Positions 1-10,413 of a DNA stretch of 64,000 nt are shown here, piece after piece. Source of the DNA: Antedon mediterranea (lineage: Eukaryota; Animalia; Echinodermata). Both the position numbers and the translations under genes were made by a program. The stretch is taken from contig NC_092677.1 in the NCBI RefSeq assembly GCF_964355755.1, forward strand, positions 17,010,101 through 17,074,100, given 5' to 3'. Under the pieces are notes generated by a model. It saw nothing but the letters and a program-made list of their open reading frames with translations, was not told where the DNA came from and did no database searches. Numbering within the stretch: position 1 is the first letter of the stretch; every line of letters begins with the position of its first letter.

Positions 1-707
1 TTTTTATACGCCTGCTAGTCAGTTTGTTAAACACTGCGTGCGTGAATACATTTCTATTATGCTATTGGATTACAATACAACGTTACTTATTTAAATCCGA
101 AAAGTATTATTGGGAAGGCCGTAATTATTAAGCCTATTGTCAACTTATACAAAAGAAAACTTTGACTATCTATTGATAACTTGAAAGAGAGAAAATAACA
201 ATACAGAAAGCCTATGATAAGATTAATATAATAATAAGTTTATTAAATATCTGACGAACACCAACTCAATCCACTATTTAGTATTCAAAACTTCGTCTGA
301 AGTACTTTTAATAGTACTATAAGACTTAATTTCTTGTTTGGAAAAATGTTCGTTGAGAGGAAACTGCTCAAATGCTTTCGCAAAAATCAAAAATATTGTT
401 AGTCCAAATAACATGACTCCACTAACTATCTTAAACATCAAAGACCACTGTTCAAATGTGTTCTGAAAACAACGATATTAACAAAGAATATTTTAACAAT
501 GATGTATAATACTGATAAAATAGTAAATATCAAATATTCGGAGTGAAGAATCAAGACGAACATTTATTTGATCTAATACGAACAAAGTAAAACAAGGGAA
601 GAGAAGATAAGATGAAAGTTAATTCTAAACCGTCCGGTGATATACTGACATTTAATTAATCAATTTGAAACGAAAAGATGAGGAAATCTGTGAGAATGAG
701 AAAAAGT

Positions 708-779
708 CACCCCAACCGAGAATCGAACCCGGAGCTTCTGCTTGATATGCAGCTGTCCTAACCATTATATCACTGGGGC
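708..779 (-). other. tRNA-like cloverleaf cassette (ATC at the anticodon position) with T-tract
   Basis: GCCCCAG/TTGGGGT acceptor stem, CTGC-ATATCAA-GCAG anticodon arm, CCGGG-TTCGATT-CTCGG T arm, followed by CTTTTT. D arm weak. Confidence 0.55.
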
Positions 780-3198
780 TTTCATGGTATTGTTCAAACT
801 TGATTGGATAGCGACTTTTTAATATTGCCGGCGGAATTCAGAACTAGTCCCTCAATTGTACACACGGGCACCAGAGATCAAATTGATACGCCCTCATCTA
901 TCAGTATTATTCACGAAGCGGGATCTCCGGTGACATACTTATATCTATATATAAACACATTAGACAAAGAAAGTTAATTCTAAACCGCCCGGTGAAATTT
1001 AATTAACGTATAATTACTGTATCAATGATTAAATAAATCGTTATTATTTATTAAAACAGGTAAACATAATGCACATCTAAAACGTAACATGTCACGTGTT
1101 AATGTCAAAATCAGCACAGGATCTTCAGAAATAATACTTTTGTGATACTAAACTTGATTAACCAGACCCCGAAATGTAATCTCGAAGGAAAAATCATATC
1201 ATTAAACATTCGTCTTTAAATATTGGTCGGAAAGAATGGAGGTACAAAATAAATGGGTAGTACAAAAAAGAACATCACTATTATCAAAGTTAGCTGATGA
1301 AAACAAACAATCTCAGAGAGTTTTATTATTAAGCTAGTAGGCCCAGCAAACATTTCCTGAATTTGACGAAACTAATAATATAAATAAGGTATCAGAAAAC
1401 TTACTGTGTCTTTTGTTAATTCCGCGATAATTGTTGGACCAATAACTCCAGAAACACTTGATAAAGTTGTTATGTCCAATACGTTCGGGGTGATACTCGC
1501 ATTAGTACAAAAGGATATTCCAAATGCCAGAATCAACAGCATCAGACTTGATACAGCACTATGTTTGAAAAAGTCCATACAACTAAATAAAAACGAAGGT
1601 AGCCCGATACCTACAAAAATAGTAATAATATAACATTACTTACTTTTTAATTTCCATACTTCCAAAACTGTCAATTTGTCATAAAATATGTAGAATCTTA
1701 CCCAAAAATGTAAACAGCTTCCTTGTTTGCAAAATAGTCAAATATTCACGACGAATACAGGCGTCTGCACATACGCCAGAAAGTAAGACGAAGCAACAAC
1801 TCACAATACCCAGACATGACGTAATCCACCCAGTCTGAACAGTAAGAAATCATAACTGTATATCACATTTTAAACATCCTGTCTTTATGTGTAAAAATGT
1901 TAGTCTATGCAAATACTTTATGCAATCCATGTCTTAACTTACCGCTTGTAAATCAAATCCCAAGATTTCTGTGATAAACGTCGGTGCTTCAGTAATAATG
2001 AAATAGAAACCGAAATTTTCGACAACGTTTACAATGACTACCGCCCAAACCGCCGACGATTGGAGTATACTCAACCATGGAACCGATATGTTTTTAAAAA
2101 AGCACACGTGATTCAATTATTTTAGTTTAGTGTCAACTACAGCATCGGTACCAGCAATAGCAGCAGTCGCAGAAGAAATGGTTGCAGATGAGCAGCAGGA
2201 GCAGTACAGAAGCAGTGGCAGGATCTGTAGTGAGTAGTGGCAGTGGCAGGAGCAGTTGCAAGAGGAGTGGCAGGAGCAGTGGAAATCGCACTGAGTAGCG
2301 TAGTGAGCATTTTGTATGATCGCATATCATACCTTATTTTTCTTTTCATTTTCAGTGTCAAAACTCTTTAAGTATTCAACCTCTGTACTTGATATAAATG
2401 GATCTTCATCAGGAGTTTCGTAAATTATGAAAACCCATATTATCGCAGTAACAATTGAAACGGTACCTAATATAAATTAAATTGAGAAACAAATCAGAGA
2501 TTCAAGTTAAAGATAATGATAATATTATCGGTCTTTATTATTAATCTGTGACTGTTAGAAATCATTTACAGACTACATCATTTCAAAGAGAAATATTAGA
2601 TGATGAGATCTTGGATATCTATAATATGTATATATCAGAGAGATGTTATAAGCCGAAGCAAATTACTGAAAAAATGACAAGGCTGTGGATATCAGTGGCT
2701 GGATCTCAATGGAGATACACAAAAAAGCGAAAGACATTACTGTATGTATAAAATGATAACGGCCATCCAAATGTGTAAGCAGAACAAATCCAAGCAGAAA
2801 GAGGGTTACAGATGACTTGACAAAATGGAAGACCTGTAAAACAACATTTAAACGTGGTTTGGTATTTATCAAGGAAATCAAGAACTAATACTGTATGATA
2901 TTAGCACCAGACATTGTGAATGGTTTACAAGTAGGAGCAGTAGTTTTTCATAATCTTAACATTGACTGGAAAGCAGGTTGGCTACCTAAGGTTTGAACAA
3001 CTCTAAAATGTATAGGAAATGGGGTTTTTTTTGTATCTATTATGTTGTGTTTATTGTTTTATGTTTTTTATGTAAAAGAGTCCTGCAAAAACAGAAGTGT
3101 AAACTTCTCTATGCAGGATCCTTGCCATCATTTATGCTATGAAACTATATTTATAAAGGATGAGAAAATAAATGTGAATTGAATTGAATTGAATTGAA

Positions 3199-3950
3199 AT
3201 GAAAGGTAAAAAATTTATGCAATTTAATTACAAACTTTTAAATAGCATATTAGCAACAAATAAAAAACTCTTTTTATGGAAATTAAAGGAAACGAATATA
3301 TGTGATAGACGTGGAGAGGTACAAGATGAGGCGCATATGTTGTTTACTTTACTAATTTTATTAAATCGTTTTGGACCAAAATAGATATTGTTTTAAAACA
3401 ATCGCAGAGAAACTGAGAAAGGTCTTTTAGAAGTATGATCGTTGGAACAAGAAATGTCCTAACAGATTATAAATATACATTAGCAGCATTTACTATCTAT
3501 AAACAGAAGGTAGTGGCTGATGCTACAAATAGTGAATATTGTGATTTATGGTTATCCTTCATAAGAAGTATACTAATAAGAATAAAATGTAATATTCACT
3601 ATGAAAGAGAGAAAGGTAAACAGAAATGGAAAAAATTGAAAATATTATTCTATCAATTTAAATATTCAAATAATTTCATTTGGCATTGTATGATTATTTT
3701 TTGATGAAGTTTCTTTTTTTTCTCTAAGCCAAAAAAAAAGAAATTTCATCAAAAATGTAAATATTATTACAAAATTTGTGAGTATTTAATAAGTTTTTTA
3801 AAATCACAAGACGCTAGATCGATATAAATGTTCAGCTTTTGAGTTGTATGTTTTACATTTTATATTTTTATCTTTTATTTATTTATAATGTATAGCTATT
3901 GACGATGTACATACTTATTTAATTATATTTGTAAGAATGAAACTAATATA
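3199..3950 (+). mobile_element. L1/Tx1-type LINE 3' fragment (zf-RVT region)
   Basis: FNYKLLNSILATNKKLFLWKLKETNICDR.GE.QD..HMLF, with stops and frameshifts. Confidence 0.7.
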
Positions 3951-3957
3951 TATTTTA

Positions 3958-4060
3958 AACAAGGCCATATACATGGCTGCAGTCGCGTGCTCAAGTTAGT
4001 GTTTACCGAACAACCGACCGACATAGTGAGCTGTAGAGTAGCGTTGCACGCGACTAAAAA
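3958..4060. mobile_element. Mini HINE/Helentron-like element
   Basis: AACAAGGCCATATACATGGCTGCAG...(CCGA)n...CACGCGACTAAAAA. A second copy lies at 27192-27319 in a non-homologous intron. Confidence 0.6.
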
Positions 4061-5444
4061 GCATATAAGAATTTAAACAAAACAGCAATTTCGGTTGCAA
4101 ACAAGCGTTTATAATACAGTATGTTTACAAGGTTAAAACATACATTTTTTTCTCTCTGTCTATTTACTTAAAAGGAAATAAAGGCGAGTGTATCACACAA
4201 AAGACAAAAAAGGAGCAGTAGTTTCGACACTTTTCCATATTTGATTTGTCAATAATCATTCGGGAAACTCGTGATATAATCTCAAAGCCAATAACGTAGA
4301 CATCCACCATATCATCCGCAAAGAAAGGAAAAATCATCGTAAATCAACTTCAGCAACCAACACAGAGGTAGCCTACTGTTGAATTTGGAACTAGTTTTAA
4401 AATACATTTATTAAAGCTGCCGTGCTTCTCAATACAACATACAACTTAAGAGGCGAGGTGAAAAATGAATATCATTTTTGTTTTAGCATGTCCATACTAC
4501 AAAGAAACTAGACTAGATTATTCAATTAACCAAGTTCAGTTAACAAATTAACAAAATATTTTAAATAAATATATTATCAACTATTATAGTACTTGGCCTA
4601 CATACTATTGAATATATGAATGAATAAATATAAATTCATTACTATTATTTTTGGAAATCATTTACCGAAAAGAGATATGGATACAAGGATACTTCGTTCA
4701 TGTGGAACACTAGTCCATTTTTCTAGTAAACCCACTATTGCTCCATTGTTTAATCCCTGATGAGAAAAGAAATTCAATCAACGTAACCATTCTGTTTAAT
4801 CTTGTCTGTAAAAAATATATGTATTGTGTAATCTCCGATAAGATCCATACCGTCGATTAAACATAAAATGCAACGGTAAAATAAAATGTCTAAAGAGTAA
4901 TATCTTTAATGTCTATCATAAATAATAACAAGAATGCATCATAATATTAATGCATTTATTGTGAAATCCCCGAAAAGGTGTAAATCTATACTGTTAATTA
5001 AAAATAATATATAATATATTACTATAAAAAAGTAAATCTTCATAAGATCCATGACGACGTAATATAGAAAGACTAGTAAACTAGGAAGGCTACTTGAACA
5101 TTATTCATACTGACCTGTACCATGCCGTCAAGTACACGTAGAAATATAAGAAAATCACTGCTAATCCCCGCTGACCAAGGTATTAGTGCTGTAAGAATAC
5201 TCGACAAAATAAGTGCAACAAAAGTGATTGGTTTTCCGCCTACTCTGCAAACCAACCAACCTCCTGGGAATGCTGTTAGAGTGTAGCCATAATAAAAACT
5301 ACTAAGTATCATTTGACGTGTTTCTTCATCCCAAGCGTACGTTGGTATCTAGTAAAAAATAAACAAAAGATATTTCTTGCCAAAAAACGCCGCTCGATTT
5401 TTAGACTAACAATGTTAATCATTCTTCTTTCTTCAGATATAATG

Positions 5445-6642
5445 ATTCAGGGGTGTTGCCCTTAATTTCATACTACTACTGCTACTACTACTACTACTAC
5501 TACCGGACCCGGAATTTGATAGGCTTATATAGTCATAAAGTAGTTACATATTTGCAGGGCATTTTATCATTGTTCAATGTTTTGATGTTAGCTTAATTGT
5601 TAACATTGGTAAAAGAAGTAATACTGGCGCCAACGAATTTAACGACCTTCACAACCAAAATATTTCTTTGTAAAAATATTTATTTTAAATGGAACGCTAC
5701 AAAAATAATCATCCGCTTCATCACTGCATGAATACCTGATAACCAGACAAGAACGTATTTTTGTTACGTTTTACTATCAATCCATTTTCATATCCTTTGT
5801 TTGGTCACCTAGGTAGGGGTCCGGGACCGCGACAGAACGAGAACGGATGGGGACCCTCCAAAGAAATTGCATTTTATTTGTCAGGCATTTGTATGATTTG
5901 TTTTTATTTTTTTTAATGCGCCTTGAGCACTCTTGAGTGGTATGTGCGCTATAAAAATCCTGTTATTATTATTATTATATCACGCAATCCATTTTCAACA
6001 ATATAGTAGTATAATAATAACATTTTGATTGAATAGTTACAGTGTTGACTTTGAATAAACCATTGGTAATTTACTGAAAATCCAAAATGAACATAATAAT
6101 ATAATTATACTTATAGTTATAATACAGATAAAGAAACGCTCTACTACACATGATAAATAGATGTCGGTCGATACATTTCTGTCGACGACTAAAACAACGA
6201 CAATCAGCTAAATGTATTCGTGATTTCATCTCTGGCTTGTTACATTATCATGACACATTACCGGACGTCCCCTCCTCTGGCAATGAACGGCAGTACAGAT
6301 CTTGCCTATCTAGGCTCGTGTATGCCTACTACGTCATTCACAAATTACCCACGCATAGCAGTGTTACTAGCGCCATCATATTTTACGTCTAATGGATCAA
6401 GCATTCACACATGAACTTTGCGTTAAAAAAAATCATCGACAAACGAAATATAGCCTATATTCATTCCTGTTAAATATTAGGCATATTTCCAAGGCTAATA
6501 ATCGATTTGTTCATAATTATTGGGTTTTGCCGGGGGTTTTCCATAATCTAAGGCCAATTTTTAGGCCAAATCATAATTGTGCGTATAGTTTATACTTCAT
6601 ATTTATATATGTAGTGTCTACAGCCCTGGAGTCTTTGGGCAA
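5445..6642. mobile_element. Internally deleted copy of the repeat at about 33655-35190, opposite orientation
   Basis: Long reverse-complement similarity, e.g. GTGTCTACAGCCCTGGAGTCTTTGGGCAA versus TTGCCCAAAGACTCCAGGGCTGTAGACAC. Interrupted by an L2-like tail at about 5800-5980. Confidence 0.7.
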
Positions 6643-6654
6643 AAATGTTTAAGA

Positions 6655-6930
6655 AAGCCGAGTATGGAAAGACAAGAGGACACTCGTACAAACTGTAAAA
6701 AGAAAAACCAAATCTGGACAGTAGGAAATTCTTCTACAGCCAGCGTGTAGTGAATGACTGGAACAACTTACCACAAAGTGCAATATCTGCTCCAAACCTA
6801 CTCTGCTTCAAGAAAGAGATAAATAAACACATGGGTTTATAATGGGCCAAAAAGCCCCCTTAACCCTGCCACACTCTATCGAAAGAAGATGGACTGTGGT
6901 GATTCAAGGTAAATTCAAGGTAATTTCAAC
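6655..6930 (+). mobile_element. CR1-type LINE 3' end
   Basis: TRGHSYKL..RKFFYSQRVVNDWNNLP plus a TTCAAGGTAA tandem tail. Confidence 0.8.
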
Positions 6931-7057
6931 CCTCTTAAAATAGTCATGCGACCGCCCATGTGATTTATTATTTCTGTTGAACAATCAGTAGTAAACATTT
7001 TGTGTAAATATCTGGCGTACTGTACAGAACAAAAAATACAATCATAAACTAAACTAT

Positions 7058-7320
7058 TTTGATTTGATTTATTTCGGCATCAGTACATAAAAAATCACAG
7101 ACAAACAATTAAAAATAGCAAATATAAAAAACCATGAATAAAACAAGAAAGGATGCCAAGGATAACTCTTAAAAGTCCTCTACGGACTTGTTTCCAATGA
7201 GGTCCTTTGAAACAACAGCAAAAAGACATACAATGAAACATATAAAAATTACAAAAAAAACAGCAAAAGGACATCAAAAGAAGAAGAAGCGCTTATTAAA
7301 TAGTTTCAAGTGCTAGTACA
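7058..7320 (-). mobile_element. LINE/SINE 3' tail
   Basis: Reverse strand reads GGACCTCATTGGAAACAAG..GAGTTATCC..AATAAATCAAATCAAA. Confidence 0.5.
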
Positions 7321-8954
7321 GTATATGTACATATTCCAGGGTGGGAGCATTTTACTCTCTAATGACCCGGCCTACACACATAGACCTACTACCTCTAAGG
7401 ATAACGATGTAACATTAGAAGTCAATAGCACACATTGCCTGTTAATATTTTGTATCAACATTAAAATAAAGAAAGAATTATGAAAATCTGACTTGTAGTT
7501 TTCGAAATATAGGGTCCAAAACATCGCCGAAAATAATCGTTTTTAGCCACGAACGAAGTAAATAAATTGCGCTCAGTAGGCAATTGTATGAACTTTAAAA
7601 ATGACGGGTTATAGTAATATATTTTGTATATCAACATTGTAAAATTCAATCAAATATGATATTATGTGTTTATTAAATAAAAAAGTCTTTATTTAACCTC
7701 ATTCAAAGAATTTACATTATTTTCCCGACGTGTGTTTTTCAGCAGTCATCAGAGACAACGGCCCACGTGAGAAAAATCTTCCGCAGTCTGTTGATTCGCG
7801 TCAACCAATCAAAGGGCGAGAATCCACAATCGTTCAACCGTGAGCCCTCACAGACTCTCTTTTCCCAGACGTTTTTTGGGGTCCAGCAGCTTGGACCTAT
7901 CAATTAGTCGAGTTTACAAAATAACTGTCAGCCTTAGATAAATAACTTTTGGCGTTGATACAGTTTCTTACCGATTATATCCTCTGGGTTTTAGCTGGCT
8001 GGCTAAAGCCGCGGCGCGAAAAGTTCTTATACCTGTACTTCAGAAACGGATCACAATAATGACAGCGACAAAGTGCGTGTTATTTAAAGATAACTAGAGA
8101 TTCTAATAAGCTCTGGTTTAACTAGAACAAAATTACTACTAGCATTATAGTAATGGTTATAACTAATAATAATAAAAAATAAATAAATGTAAGTTGAAAA
8201 GATCAGACTGTGTTATGAGTTGAAAGAATTGTTTGAAAATATTTGGGAGTTGATTTAATTAAAATAGTCGTGCATGAAAAATATAGAAATTTAAAATGTT
8301 TTAATATCTAAGATGTTCAAGTTATTAAGTTAAAGGAAAGGAAATTTTTATGGGCTATATTAATGGCTTAATGAGAATGAGTACAAATGCAAAGAGCCCG
8401 TTTGTTAAGTTTAAAGGGTTTTTCTAATTTAGTAATATGTGTGGAAGTCCAGCGGCAAAAATCTTTATTTTAATATCTGTTGAGAAGGCAAAGACGAAAA
8501 CTCGGTGGAAGCTGTGAACATTATCTTGCAAAACCAACTTGCATAGAATTCTAAACAGTGTTTTGCAAGAATTTTGCTAAATAATAAAGAATTAACATTT
8601 TTCTTAAGAAATAACGTGAAAGAAAAGAGTAGATAACTTAGCTTAGCTTACCCCTGTGTGAAATTCTTCTTCACTTTTATTTGTAGCCTTCAAGTTTATT
8701 ATTGAAACATTGCACGCATGAACTAAATGCTATACTCCTCTAATAAAATACAACGCTGCTTTTAGCTGCTAGTATCTATTAGTCACGGTTGAAAGTCTGT
8801 CTATTGTCAGCTTATAACAAAAACACCTTGATTATAGGTTTCCGAACCGAAACTGTGTTTCCTTATACTTTATGCCTATTAGTGTTTATTTGCCATGCAA
8901 AATATCCTAACAAACTCACTATTGTTTCAAAGTCTGTAGCTGAGATTGGATCTA

Positions 8955-9160
8955 TAAATCCAAAGGCAAATTACTTAAAATAATGACATGTTGCGGGTAT
9001 CAGTGGCTGAATCTCAATAAAAATAAGATAGATATAAAAAGATAAAGATAAAAATAAATATGCAAAAAGCTAAATCAAAACGATAAGGAAAAACAGCCAG
9101 AAAAAGTAGGAGAGCTTTCAGGCAACAACACTTCATCAATGTAAATGAGATTGGATAGAT
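8955..9160 (-). mobile_element. Solo, diverged Penelope pLTR fragment
   Basis: Reverse complement aligns by eye with 21140-21312, including a decayed TTGATGAAG...GAAAGCTC hammerhead core. Confidence 0.7.
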
Positions 9161-9279
9161 ATATATAAATCATACGGTGAATTATAGAAACAGTGCCCAT
9201 ATTCGGAACATGATCTCATAATCGCGTCGAGCATAGCTCATTGGCGAAAGTTTCGTATTTTTTAGTTGTATAAAAAAAT

Positions 9280-9350
9280 GTCTCTGGCGGGATTCGAACC
9301 TGCAACCTCTCGTTTACAGGGCGAGTATCATACTACTAGACCACAGAGCC
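9280..9350 (-). other. tRNA-like cloverleaf cassette with a T7 terminator
   Basis: GGCTCTG..CAGAGAC acceptor, A box TGGTCTAGTAG, B box GGTTCGAATCC, followed by TTTTTTT. Several stem mismatches. Confidence 0.55.
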
Positions 9351-9937
9351 ATTCCTTAGGCTAGTTGGGGGAAGGGGGATCTCTAGTCAAACTTTAGAGG
9401 GGTCTACCAGGATCAAGGCAGTGTAAAAATAGTCTGTAATAGGTCATTTGGTATTTGGTGCTAAATCATATAACGTTGGTTGCTGGTGGTATCTACATTA
9501 TCTAAACTAGGCCAGATTGGGGAAGGGGGGTCTCTAGTTAAACTTTAGCGGTGCAGCAGACAATTAGTCTGTCGTTACCCATTTAGTATTGTATGAACAC
9601 AACTTGTTCATTTGGCATTAATTTTGAGTGGTACCTCACTCATCTATGCTATCGCCATTATAGGCCCTCCCTCGGGGGTCTGGCGGGCCTATTGCAGCAG
9701 ACAAAATGTCTGTCGTTGGTGATATTGGTACAAGGATGCCAATGGACATCCCATGGTGGTGAAATTAGGTGGTATCTCTCTCATCTAATTGGTGCCGATT
9801 TTTTAGCACCTTTCGGGATCCTCCGGGTCTAGACGTAGCAGGGGGTACCCGGCAGACTCCCATTTACATTGACTTCAAGTGACCCCCAACACATTTAAAT
9901 AGTCAGATATTGGTACCTAGTCTCTGGGCTGCCTGTC

Positions 9938-10013
9938 TATTAAGATTCAGTCTCATACAATAAAAACAAAACGTTGCCATGGAACACATTACAGCTACTA
10001 GATAGCGCTTCAT
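9938..10013 (-). pseudogene. Orphan 5' fragment of a C-type SLC17 exon 1
   Basis: Reads MKRYLVAVMCSMATFCFYCMRLNLN and then breaks into unrelated sequence. The upstream flank (10014-10330) resembles the copy C upstream region (27517-27840). Confidence 0.8.
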
Positions 10014-10413
10014 GTTGAAGATCTCTGTAGAAGTTGACAAATCAATCTTAGTGGATTGACTTCTTAAGTTTACACCTTTTGGCCATATTTCTAATATTTG
10101 TTATAGAAACGTTACTGTAGCCTAATAGGAATTTATTCATTTTTATACGCCTGCTATACATTTTATTAAACACTGCATGCATGAATTATATATATAATAT
10201 TCTTTAGACGACAATACAACGTTACTTATTTAAATCTGAAAAGTGTTTATTGGGAAGGCCGTAATTATTAAGCCTATTGTCAACTTATACAAAAGAAAAC
10301 TTTGACTATCTATTGATAATTTGAAAGAGAGATAATAACAATACAGTAAGCCTATGATAGGATTAATAAAATAATAGGTTTATTTAATATCTGACCAACA
10401 CCAACTCAATCCA

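Larger units (their letters stand above)
274..8668 (-). pseudogene. SLC17-family transporter copy A (B-like), probably a pseudogene
   Basis: Exons 2-9 at 5115-5348, 4666-4756, 2741-2833, 2333-2466, 1943-2092, 1702-1834, 1405-1610, 274-462. Exon 1 is reduced to a 17-nt remnant (8652-8668) with no ATG. The exon-6 acceptor AG is mutated to AA (position 2093). Exon 8 has a 36-nt deletion relative to copies B and C. Confidence 0.8.

Noticed and set aside
708-779. Functional tRNA genes at 708-779, 9280-9350 and about 23715-23790
   Set aside because: Stem mismatches, weak D arms and repeat context. The first two are reported only as tRNA-like cassettes; the third is too degenerate to call.
2133-2361. 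Poly-Leu/Ala/Thr/Cys ORFs (also 11776-12078 and 24395-24953)
   Set aside because: They are translations of the intronic AGC/AGT microsatellite, lying between canonical splice sites.
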